Below, piece by piece: positions 25,546 to 36,478 of a stretch of DNA of 42,850 nt. How positions within the stretch are numbered: position 1 is the stretch's first letter; each line of letters opens with the position of its first letter. The stretch lies in NCBI GenBank assembly GCA_000934665.2, contig KZ538885.1, positions 1 to 42,850 of the forward strand, written 5' to 3'. The notes beneath the pieces were generated by a model, which did not search any database, was not told the DNA's origin, and was given only the letters and a program-made list of their open reading frames with translations. Source of the DNA: Catajapyx aquilonaris (Eukaryota). A program made the translations under genes and the position numbers.

Positions 25546-27281
25546 TAAAATGCAATTTAATTAAATGATATAAAATTACTATATTAATAATTTCGTAAGC
25601 AGCTTCTTTATTGTTGGTCCACTTTATTTTATGAAAGCAAAATTTTCCGAGCAACTATGGCCAGAGGACACTAACACTGTAATCCCAGAGAATAGAGAGA
25701 GAAATAGTTTCGCGCATCTGCGTATTTTTGCAACCACAGCACGCCATCTTCCCAACATTCGTCATTCGAGGTGGCCACGAGAGAGAGATTTTTTTTTTCC
25801 TCTGGTGCTGGAGAATCAGTGTGAATTTCGCAGACCATTTGTTTTCATTTCGGACAACGTTGCTGGCGACGGAAGACCAGAATTATTTTTTTTCTGGATC
25901 CAGGGATGCATTCGCATCTCCTCTGTTTTTATTCAGAGGGAGGAAAAAATGGCGTGTACATTGTCAGCCAAAATATCCCATTAGGCATCTTTAGGAGCCG
26001 CAAAAGGTTCACGAGGGTTCATTCGTTTCAATCATAGGAATGGGAAGAATACGGGACTAGTCCGGATTATTTGACTGAACCATCAGTGGCGTGCAATGTA
26101 CACTAATGTCTTGTTGCTCACGTTACAAGTCGCAATTAACCGTGAGTTATCGCTCCGGTTGATTATACCAAATGGTGCACTGCCAAAAGTTACAGCGTAG
26201 AAAAGCAGTGCTCAAATTTGACTTTTTAAAATGATATAAGTGGCCCAGTCCTATAACTGAATAAGACAATTCAGTGGAACATCCTGATAATGGCCCCTCA
26301 GAAGGGCGAACGATAGAAAAAGAAAAGTCTCGTACAATGCAGGAGCCAACGTAAGCTGTCGGGCCTGCTAATTTATGTCGCGTAAAATACGACGATCGAG
26401 TTGACTAGGTGGGCTGGAAGGGGGTGGAGAGAGGGTGGGGGGTTTGGAAAGAGAGGATATATCTTCCTTCGCAGTTTGTAGCTCCAATCCTATTCATCTC
26501 CTGCAAGAGCTCTCACACTCAAGAACAGAAGCAGACTCGTTTCTTTGCCTCGACTCCTACTGTCTTTTTCCAAAGTCGGCTTTGAACTTCTAGAGACTGG
26601 CGGCAGGGTAAAGGGTGAGAGAAGGAGGATGCAGATGGTGGTGTGTCAAAATCTGCAAAACAGAAATTTGATTAGTGCTATTTAAAAGCGCCAACCACAA
26701 TATCTTGTATCATAGAGAAACTGCTATCTTTAAATAGCAGACATTCTTCTGAACCCGTTACGTGGTCAAAACAACCGGACGTTTTAGGAAGTACATTTCG
26801 CAAAATACTTTACACAATTTTGGCAACACGCAACACCTCTCAAGCTGTCACAATAAAAACCTATTCTCCCTTTGCCTTCATTTCAGAAAGAAAACGTTTC
26901 CATTTGCGTAACTGTTTTCCGGCAGAGTCTGACAGAAATAAAGCCGACGAATGAGACGTGACATATTTCCCATTAAGACCGGTCTAATTAGTAGACAAAT
27001 TAGATGATAAGAAGGAAGGCGAAGGAAGGGATGAAAGAAGAGGAGATTGTCACAAAAGGAAATGGGGGGGCCGGATGTCAGGCACTTACGAGGATCAGCA
27101 CTTGAATTTATCCTGAGAGGAAATAAAAATGGCTATCCTAGGCTTTGGCTTTACACCGTAAATCCAGCTGCAGCTCCGGATAAATCATTTTTACTCCTCC
27201 TTTTGGGAATAAGAAACTGGACTGTTCCACTTGGATTCGCGCGGTTTTTTTTGCAGCAAGAAAGAGGTTAGGAGGGGACAC

Positions 27282-27465
27282 CCAAATACAGGGTTTTCCA
27301 CATTCGTGGGCCACTTTTCATATCACTAATATTGTCCGAAGTGGTTATTCTCTAGCAACTGCTACATTCGACCACCTGGGAGTAAGGGGCACATCAAAAT
27401 ATAACCTCGGGCAATATTAGTGATACGAAAAGTGACCTACTAACTTGGAACACCCTGGTATTTGG
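27282..27465. mobile_element. Small mariner-type foldback MITE
   Basis: ccaaatacagggttttcca...cacttttcatatcactaatattg / caatattagtgatacgaaaagtg...tggaacaccctggtatttgg. Confidence 0.7.
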
Positions 27466-27771
27466 CCAATTTTTTAAAATGCTAATAATGCTGATTTTTA
27501 TGCGGTATACTGTACAGTATACAGTAGTACTGACCCACTTTGCAGGTTGGGGCAACTGGCTGTGTTACTGACCTTTTTCAGATCTGGATGAGGGCTGTTG
27601 CTGTGCACGTGTTTCACACTTGCTGTGCCCGATTTTGGGAGGCACAGATGTAGCTTAGAGAGAGGAGTTAGGAGAAGGGCCTGAATAAAGGTGGAGGTAA
27701 ATCTTGTTGGGAGTGTTGCGGAAGTTGGTGCGGAGTTGGAAGTGGGGCTGTGGGAAACCTTATCTGGCGTC

Positions 27772-28484
27772 GCACTACACAACACCAGGCAGCAGCCCAA
27801 CGCTTTTGTGTAATAGATATGCAAATAGGCTGAGAACCACTTACCTGCCTCCTAATCCAACCCTACATCCACACTCTTCCTACTTCCTTTTTCCTCCAGG
27901 TGACGATGTGTGCTGCCTGATAACGCAATGTGCTCCTATGGCTGAGGTGTCCATTCCAGTGAGTTAACTTATATTTTTTTGCACTAAGCTTCTATGTGAA
28001 TTACCATCGATTACCACTCATCTGCTCGACGAATATGCAACCGTATTTCACTGGCCTCACTGTATAATAGCTAGTTTTGTACACATGAGAGTTAGGCACT
28101 AAATAATTATGGTACTGTATTCAAAAAACATAACTGGAGATAGCTTGCAGTAGAACTTCAAGTTGGCATTGTTGAAAGTCACTTATTGCCTTTTCTATTT
28201 CAGTGCCGATTCCGCTATTGCACGTGTACGATGTATGCCTACATTGAGAGTTCTGCCAGCTTGGCTTGTGACGTCAGTACTCCTCCGATACTGAATGCAT
28301 TATTATAGCGTACTGTAGCAGCAATGAATTTCATTTGCGCAAGCAATACGTATACTGTATATATTATGATCCGTTGCTACGGTGTACAGTGTGCATGAGG
28401 TGGGATTGGTTTGCAGCAAGTGCACTAAATTCATTCTGCGTGGCGCCACTGCACAAACCGGAAGAAGAAGCCCGGACAGAGGGT
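27772..28484 (+). repeat. Segmental direct repeat, copy 1 (copy 2 at 40574-41854)
   Basis: Long shared blocks such as gcaaataggctgagaacca..ctgcctcctaatccaaccctacatccacactcttcc and aattatgatccgttgc..gtgcatgaggtgggattggtttgcagca. Confidence 0.9.
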
Positions 28485-29469
28485 GTCTCGTAGCGGGTAA
28501 GCACTTCAGTTTGTTGTGGACAGTTTACTCGTAACAAAATGCATTGGTGCTTGACAAGCGAGATGTGTAGCCTACAGATGGTAATGGTACACTGATATAT
28601 AGTCCAGAGTCCAAAGAGGGGAAGTATTTTAGATCGTTTACTCCGCAGCAATAATTTCAATCGGTGTGCTTTTTTTGTACACACATGAGAAAAAGGAGGG
28701 TGAAATGATGTTACAAGTCGTATGTCGGTTATACGAATCGTGAATTTATCTCGGACAGGTTAAGCTGGCCTTTGAAGTTGTATATGTCTGTTAGAACAGG
28801 AGGAAATGCGATGTACAGATTAGTGATGGACACAAGAAGGTTGCAGAATTTAAAGAAATTGAGCAAAGTGATGTCTTCTTTCGTGTGGTTTGACTCTCTG
28901 ACTAGACCCGATTCTATAGAACACCTTTCAAGCACATCAGATAGCAGATGAGGTGTTTTTAAATTTTCTACGCAATGCCAAAAATTTCACTTTTATGACG
29001 TTCAAAAGTGGTGGTTGACAAGAAAATGGGAATACATGACTGTGACAACACATTTGGCCTCCGGGTTTACAACTAAGTGTGTCGCATCTGAGCGCTTTCA
29101 TATCCCAACAAGGTCATGGTAATGTTAAAGAAGCAGTAAGGTTGCCCTCGTCATGTTGCGACACACAATATAATTATTTATTGGTATTATCAAGACAGAG
29201 TAAACCCCCCACCATACATACCATACATATACAGAGTCACTCTGTGCTTTATTATAAGAGATGACTCGATTGTAATGAGGTACTTTCTCTGCATCAACTC
29301 TTAAAGTAACAACCCAAGTTAAATATTTAGAATACTTTTATTAATGCCATTATTATAATTATTACATAAGAGTACCCACCACCATCCCATAATAACACCA
29401 CATAACCGTAATACACACAAAAACGACCTCAAGCAATGGTCACACTTTGAGCCATATACAGTAGGCTAT

Positions 29470-29513
29470 TTAAAATCCAATATCTGTGGCGTTGTGGTTC
29501 GAGCAAACATGCC
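29470..29513 (-). CDS. Cys-rich gene exon 10: C-terminal tail
   Basis: Long polypyrimidine tract then AAACAG|; GHVCSNHNATDIGF-TAA; AATAAA on the minus strand at 29337-29342. Confidence 0.7.
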
Positions 29514-32500
29514 CTGTTTAGATCAAGAAAAGAAATAAAGAAAGAAAGAAAAAATTCTAGATTCACACACTACGACTAACACCCCCACAACTGCCCCGTA
29601 CAATCACCACAAACTAACTCCAGTATACTTTCAAGCCTTTCATTTTCAGTGTCATCATCTCAGTCATCTTTTGTCATTGGCCAGTAATTATCGCTTTATT
29701 TTTAGCAACTCGATCCTGCGGCATACTACTACTCACCGTCCTCAGGCTGAGTGCAGAAATTTTCCACAACATAACTGGGAGGAGCAGGAGGACAGGTATA
29801 AGGGAGCAAGTTAAATATCTTAGTGAAGAAACTACTATCGTCATATTTGACAAGTCGCCCGCAGCACTTTGTATTATTTCCTTGGTTCGTGCAGTCCTCG
29901 TCAGTCGTGCAGGCTTCGCAGCTCTCGTCGATGGGTGTAAACGTGCAGGGGCATTGTGGCTCTGAAACAAAAGATTTGTGTGTGTTAGAAGTCAATATAG
30001 GACTCATTCACGATCCACCCATAGCGTATATAGGCTGTAATGGAAGAGGTATATATAGTAGAACACTCACCTGGTTCAGCGCACTCGCATGGCGCAGATC
30101 TTGATGGTCTGCAGCATGTGTGAGCTTCAGGGCAGGCGATGTCCTCCGTACACGCGCAGTCTGAGCAATGTGCGGATGAGTTCCTGCACACGCCATAGGG
30201 GTCTGAAACGAGTGCGACAAACACTCATATTGGAATGTATGGCATTGAAAGAAGCGTATCGTTATAGAGATGCCTTGGCTCACTTACCGCTACAGGAACA
30301 TGGAACGCGGAATTTCCTGCATGTGGTGCCGGGATACTGGGCGCACAAGTTAGTATTAGAGCAGTTGACAAGACTATAGATGAAATATCCCCCGTCATCG
30401 GTCTGGCATCTAGAATCACTTTCTCCGTCTCCATAGGGATGAAAATGAAATTATTATTGTGAAAATAATTGTCGCAATCACTGATAAGAAGTAACACTGA
30501 CTTGAGAGCAAAAGCAGCCTGGTAATATTGGAACTAATATTATGCTACGAGGTTATTGTTCAACTAATTTTCTGACTGTAACGGTGATAATTATATAAGA
30601 CAATAAATATCCAATGCAGGTCTCATATTGGCAATAATATTTCGTCTTCTTCCTGAAGCCCATTATTTCAGCAACGAGTATTTGGAGACAAAATGACAAA
30701 TCGACCATAAGTAATCACATGGAGTTCACTTTATAAAACATTCCTCCCGTTATTACGGAACAACATGTCCATAGTCATATCCGCATTGGTTTTGAAAGGT
30801 GGCAGCCAATTTGCCCCAGGATTATCAATTTATCATTCTGGTAGGGCTGTGTATATCACACAAGAAATTTTAGAAAAGGAGTTGTGTCTGAAATTACCTG
30901 CAAGCGGAGTCTGTTCCTGCTGTTCGATGCAACACTGGCTGTTAGGGTACTTACAATCTGCGTCAGCAGCGGTAACATTATTTTCCTGTGGTGCACGGCA
31001 GTAAGTATTCGGAATTACTTGACCAGTCCCCCTGTCCAAGCATGTACCAAACACACCTGAAAGAAAGGTATTATTAATACAGTGAGCCCCTCTTATTCAC
31101 GGTTTCAATTATCCGCGGTTTGAAAGTATTATGCCTTATAATATTACGTACTAAAAATATGCAATTTATAAAATGCAACAAGTGATTATAGTGCAGTGCC
31201 ATACAGTAATCTTATTACTATATTGAAAAATTGGGTTAGCATGCAAGGATCCTTTTTTATTCTTTGTGTGCTTTTAGTGTATAAAATTTTTAAACCCTAG
31301 GCATGGCCGGAATTCAGAACATTGTCACCAAGATTGTCACTTAAGCACAAACTCGACAAGTCATCTCATTCATGGGTTCGTCATATCCAGGGTGTTCCAA
31401 GCATGAAGGTCGCTGTAATTATGTAAAATTTTGCTGAGAGCTGTTAATTTTTGTATCTTGTTGCGCCCTGATCCAGGGAACCTATTACAGTAGGTATACT
31501 GGGCGAATTAATTGGGACAACGGAAGAACTTTTGTTTCATTTAGTTTGAACGATATTCGCGGATGAGGAGATGACGCCTTCCAAGTTGCTCAGGAATATT
31601 ACCTCGACCTTGCAAAACCGATATGTGGTACTGTACGTATAATTATGCAGTAGTTTCCTCTGATTGCTGGCAGATCAATGGCAGACACAGCTCAGTGTCA
31701 GTTACGAATGAGAATCTTCCTCACTTTGTCACGGCCTATAGATTATAATAATTATAGGTATGCTTACCTTCCGGAAACTCAGTTGAGCATTCCCGAATCC
31801 CATTGCAGCATTTCTGATTGGCGGCGGAGCAATTTGCATCAACATCGCATACTTGAGATGTGCATATTCCGGTTTGAGGACTTTTAGGAAGCGGATCACC
31901 TGCTGCCACAGTTGAGCACACTTTCTTTTCTGCAAGGGGACGAAGAAATAATAATGCATTGCGTTGCTGATGTAAAGCACGCATATACATCTACACAGCA
32001 TAGGCGCCTACATGGGCTCGCAAATATGTGCAATAAATGTGCATATTATTAACCTGTCAATCTGTGTCTGTAGCGTTTTCCCACCTTTATTTGACTTCTG
32101 AGAATGACAATTATTCGACCAGACTCATTTTATAGAGGTTGAAAATTGTGGGTTAGCGACTTACCGAAAATGAAATGTGGCCGGAACCACTTGGAAAGCC
32201 ATGCAGTCACCCGGATGATTATGCACCAATATTATTTTGCAGTTTGAGATATTATGATTTTTATAAGTATAAATCTCCGCACTGAGATAATGCCAGTATA
32301 AAATATACGATATAGATATAAGAGTTTGACATCTTTAAACAGTACATGTAGCAGAAGAACGCTCTGGTTTACTTACGTGTTGGTTTAATGTTGCAGTAGC
32401 ATGGAAAGCGTCCTTTGTGGCATGCAGTGTTCGGTGGGCAAGGAAATGAAGGATTGGCGCAGTTGTTGGTACCAATCAAAAAAAATCCGCCTTCCTTAGT

Positions 32501-35500
32501 CTGGCATGCCACTGATCCTGGAGTGCCGTCTTCAGTATGAAAAAGAAAGAAATATTGTGAAAATATTGTCGCAATCCGTGTTAAGAAGTGACCCTGACAG
32601 AGGGACTCTTACTGATGGGACTAAGTTACACGGTTGTTGATTGTTGTTCAGGCAATTTTCTGGCCAGTACCACTTCGCAGAAGCAAAATATCAAAATCAA
32701 ATTTTTACGCAAATATAAATAACTTTAAATAAATTGGTATCCAGGAAACCATCCTGGTTAGTGTATTTGGGAATCATTAATCATACTGAACAATCTCTCT
32801 ATAGTCAATTGGTTGTAGAAGGTGGCCACCAGGTTGAGATGGGATTTTCTGGGATCTGTCGAAAAGGATTTTGGGCACAAGAAGTTCTCTTATAGCACTT
32901 ACCTGCAGGTGCAGTCTGTTGCTGTTCAACAATGCAGCACTTGCTATTACTGAATTTATCCGAACATTGAGTATCAGGAGATTCATTATCCTTCACTGCA
33001 AAGCAGAGTGCAAAACCAAAAGCCAGGAACATTCCTGTGTCGCGATCGATGCATTGGCCGGTCGCATCTGAAAGAAACAAACATAATTATTTATGTTCAC
33101 ATTATTTACGGCATGCTTTCCAATGACGGAATTGCCTAACTCTCGAGATATTTTTAAAAACTGTCGTTTAAACGCGAAGCCCTTCTAATAAGGTGCTATA
33201 TACGTGATATTTAAGTTCCAAGCTTATGATTCGAAGGATTGTTAAGTAGGTGTTTCTCAAAATTATTCATACTCTGCATTTGATGGATTACTTGTAATAC
33301 GCTGTATAATAATTGTACAGGGTGATCCAAACACTTTTCCGAATAATTTGGTATTTGTTGGAACTAAACTTCTTATTTTATCAGTTGCTTCTGCATACTT
33401 TCAAGTTGCAACATTTGGTTATCACAACTTTCACAAGGCAGTAATAGTTGCTACAGTAATATCATATATGCCGAAATAACTCATCCCTGCGAGCTCTGAA
33501 CTGCAAAGTATTTTCGATTAGGAGTGGCACATTGGAGCAATTGGTATTTCATGTCAATGAAAGGCGTTAAAAAGCATGGGTGCACCTAACCTAATAGTAG
33601 CAGCTAATACTTTTAATAACCATCGTATGAATCAGTATAAATACTTTAGGAAGTAGAGCCAAAAGTATTCATAAATGAAAATATGTCTACTGCCACTAGT
33701 GAAATAAATAATTATTACACTTTAAAAACTTAAACAAAGTAGTCTCGCAAAGGTTTCAAGGTTTGTAACCGTTTGTACTGAACACACCTTATCAGTAGCA
33801 TGTCTGCGTATTATTTTGCAGTGCGTATTATGTCACCTTGACGTATGGGCAAACACAAGAGATCCTAGAATTAAACTTATTTAACTCCATGTTTACTAAA
33901 TTTTTAAGCATCTGCAAGATAACTTGCCCTAAAAAATGTTGCAAAAATAACCTACCACAACCCACTTGGGTAAAACTAGTGCCAAATTATTTTGCAATTA
34001 ATTTTGGTATCTGAGTTACCGGTATAAGATCACTAGACAAATATTATTGCTGAGAACAACAATTTGTGAGAGAATCTAATGTGAAAGACGTATAGAAATT
34101 CATGCTATACTGCACATGTATAAGCGGGTGTAAACTCTGACAGGAGACTCACTAACTTTATGTTGGGAGATATCGATTCCAAATAATTATTCATCTGCTG
34201 GGGAAAATCGTTGCTCAGGGATTGTTCAGAGTGCATAATATTATACTGCAACAGTCTTCTCAGATTCACAAACACAAGGAAAAAATTGCCAGCGCACACT
34301 ATTCAACAGAATTTGGGCCTGGTAAATAATAATTCATACTATAATAATTATACTCTGACGTGTTACCAGATTATCTGATGCCGAGTTAAGATTCTTCTTT
34401 CACTGTCTAATCGTCTATCATATTATCACGGCCGTGGTTACATGTGGACTATACTTACTTGCCGGAAACTTGGTTGCGCACTTTCCAACCACATCGCAGC
34501 ATTTCTGATTGGACCCGGTGCAATTTGCATCCTCTGTGCACACTGTAGTTCCGCATATCCCAGAAGTAGCAATAACGGGATTCACAACACTTGAGCAGAC
34601 TCTTTTTGCTGAAAGAGTACAAAGAAAGGAGACATTACGTTGAAGAGATGATTTTAAAATGCAAATATACCATCATACTTACGAAAGCATGGGTTAACAA
34701 AAATATTTGCTGTGAATTATTATAATATCTCTCTAGCAATTTCCTGCCTGCATTTCTGATATTAAACTTCTGAGACTGGTCTTTATTCAACCTGAACACA
34801 CGATATCAAGGTCAGAAATTTTGTGTTTACGAATAACTGGCAATATGACGGGGACGGTACCAATGGAAAATGCCAAATAGCGGAAAAATTGTATGTACAA
34901 GTACACACGATGTAGGTTATGGTTAACCGTTAACTATTGACAATGTTCTTTGCTGCACAATAAGTTTGAGAAGAAATAGGTACAGTACTACCCTTGACAG
35001 TACCTCCTCATAATATTAGAAGAGAAAATCATGTTTTTCTTCTGCATGTTTCCTACGTTGTCATTACCTGGGCTTTGAAATCTGGGACTCTTCTTATTTC
35101 TACTGAAATAGTGGTTACGATAACCGCTCTAAGAACCTTCCATGATTGTAATTTAATTTTAATGGCAATGGTAGGCGCTGCTCATTTCATACAGTCGTAT
35201 ATATTGTTCTCTAACCTGAATTTAATGATTCTGTATACTGTCTCTTGTAATACATTACAAAAATATTTGCCACTCTGGGAAACCAGGATTATGCAGTCAC
35301 CGGTTGCAGTGAAGGATTCACGCAAAATTTTACATAATTGAACATTGCCACGAATAGAATATTATGCAACGTTCCTAGCGCCTTTTGTGGCCAAAAAATG
35401 GGATATTTACGCTTCTCAATCCAAGAAAAAAAACCAATTTAGATATACTGTATTGTTTCTTCTCATATTATTACAGGTGTATTTGTGACATTGCAGGTAT

Positions 35501-35641
35501 ATTCTAACACAGCGGATACAGTAACAGTTTCGTTTGCTAATACTAGGTAGTGTAGGCCTACTTACACGGTTGTCCCGAAGCAGGAAGGACAGCAGTAGCA
35601 GCAAAGAGTGCTGCGATGATCACCAGGTAGTTCCTGTCCAT
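29470..35641 (-). CDS. Secreted cysteine-rich multi-WAP-like protein, 468 aa: complement(join 35566..35641, 34459..34608, 32903..33067, 32377..32529, 31768..31929, 30898..31056, 30288..30428, 30071..30202, 29737..29961, 29470..29513)
   Basis: Ten exons with GT donors and AG acceptors and all nine introns in phase 1. They sum to 1407 nt (469 codons) with no internal stop. N-terminal signal peptide MDRNYLVIIAALFAATAVLPASG; WAP-type C-x-x-D-x-x-C...KCC motifs; TATA box upstream and AATAAA ~130 nt after the stop. Confidence 0.85.
29737..29961 (-). CDS. Cys-rich gene exon 9: module E (WAP-like with long insert, 9 Cys)
   Basis: TTTCAG| ... G|GTGAGT; PQCPCTFTPIDESCEACTTDEDCTNQGNNTKCCGRLVKYDDSSFFTKIFNLLPYTCPPAPPSYVVENFCTQPED. 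Confidence 0.87.
30071..30202 (-). CDS. Cys-rich gene exon 8: module D (WAP-like, 9 Cys)
   Basis: TTTCAG| ... G|GTGAGT; PYGVCRNSSAHCSDCACTEDIACPEAHTCCRPSRSAPCECAEP. Confidence 0.88.
30288..30428 (-). CDS. Cys-rich gene exon 7: module C2 (6 Cys)
   Basis: GAG acceptor at the position homologous to exon 4's; G|GTAAGT donor; GESDSRCQTDDGGYFIYSLVNCSNTNLCAQYPGTTCRKFRVPCSCS. Confidence 0.75.
30898..31056 (-). CDS. Cys-rich gene exon 6: module B2 (5 Cys)
   Basis: TTTCAG| ... G|GTAATT; VFGTCLDRGTGQVIPNTYCRAPQENNVTAADADCKYPNSQCCIEQQEQTPLA; paralog of exon 3. Confidence 0.88.
31768..31929 (-). CDS. Cys-rich gene exon 5: module A2 (WAP-like, 7 Cys)
   Basis: TTGCAG| ... G|GTAAGC; KKVCSTVAAGDPLPKSPQTGICTSQVCDVDANCSAANQKCCNGIRECSTEFPE; paralog of exon 2. 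Confidence 0.88.
32377..32529 (-). CDS. Cys-rich gene exon 4: module C1 (6 Cys)
   Basis: Polypyrimidine tract then AAG acceptor; |GTAAGT donor; GTPGSVACQTKEGGFFLIGTNNCANPSFPCPPNTACHKGRFPCYCNIKPT. Confidence 0.8.
32903..33067 (-). CDS. Cys-rich gene exon 3: module B1 (5 Cys)
   Basis: TTTCAG| ... G|GTAAGT; ATGQCIDRDTGMFLAFGFALCFAVKDNESPDTQCSDKFSNSKCCIVEQQQTAPA. Confidence 0.88.
34459..34608 (-). CDS. Cys-rich gene exon 2: module A1 (WAP-like, 7 Cys)
   Basis: CTTTCAG| ... |GTAAGT; KRVCSSVVNPVIATSGICGTTVCTEDANCTGSNQKCCDVVGKCATKFPA. Confidence 0.88.
35566..35641 (-). CDS. Cys-rich gene exon 1: signal peptide
   Basis: ATG at 35641; MDRNYLVIIAALFAATAVLPASGQP then T|GTAAGT. Confidence 0.85.
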
Positions 35642-35910
35642 CTTTCTCTTGAACTGGACCTGTTCTTGAGCATGATCAGAGAAAGTGCTTTTAGTAAGGA
35701 GCTGCCTTCACAATCAAGCACATAATCTCCTTAGTTGGAGGATTCACAGTACATTCTAGCTATAGTGCAATACAATGAAATAAACGAAGCAACTTGTACT
35801 TACTACGAAGTTGGCCTTTCCCACAGGACTGCTCTTCAGTGGGTAATTCTCAGACGTTGTTTCCGAGAATGCCCAGGAGCTCTAGTGATCAGCAGGGACC
35901 CCCCCACTCA

Positions 35911-36038
35911 CTTTTATAGGCGCCCATGCGGCTCATCTGATATATTATCCACGAATTGGGCACGAGCCTCATTGATAGTCACCAATCAGATTATCAGAAT
36001 GGGGATTGATAGTCACCAATCAGATTATCAGAATGGGG
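35911..36038 (-). promoter_or_regulatory. Core promoter of the Cys-rich gene: TATA box plus exact 34-bp tandem duplication with GATA and CCAAT motifs
   Basis: TATAAAAG on the minus strand at 35911-35918; (attgatagtcaccaatcagattatcagaatgggg)x2 at 35971-36038; probable 5'UTR intron 35660-35803 (GTAAGT...CTAA...CAG). Confidence 0.65.
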
Positions 36039-36478
36039 ACTGATACTAACTCCCTCACTTGGAAAAGATTGGTACTGTTTTAAAAAACCATATGTTGGAG
36101 AATAATGGAAGGATTACACGTGGAGCTATTCATACGTAGATCAGCACAGGGCAATACGTCCAGTGCAGTACTGTATGAGTAATGTCCTTTACTTTGAAGT
36201 CAATCACTCATAACGTAAATGTAAATTAAAAACACCTTTACTGTCTGTAACACTCACACAGGCAGGTATTGTTAGTTTTGAATGTGTCTATAGTTTGATT
36301 ACATTTTGACAATGTAAAAACTGCCATAAAAATATATATACTGTATACCAGTACCGTATTCCTCTTTAAGACCTTCTTTCTGTGTCGTTTGATAATAGCT
36401 CTCCAGGGTTTTTGGGCTCTACTATAAGTCCCTTTCTATATTCAACTGATAATTTCAATATGATTGTATAGTCGCCTC

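Noticed and set aside
11000..27200. Long intergenic ORFs (12924-13529, 14811-15320, 16766-17107, 18634-19023, 20252-20797)
   Set aside because: Low-complexity composition from homopolymer runs, no domain motifs and no consistent splice chain.
27530..27770. Possible decayed LINE ORF1 zinc-knuckle fragment on the minus strand (RPFS..., YIC..KIGH, SCPN)
   Set aside because: Needs several frameshifts; too weak to call without a tBLASTn/HMM search.
30225..30497. ORF-track frame MLLLISDCDNYF... as the exon product
   Set aside because: Wrong frame. The Cys-rich frame paralogous to exon 4 starts at 30428, and the equivalent upstream frame in the other copy hits a stop.
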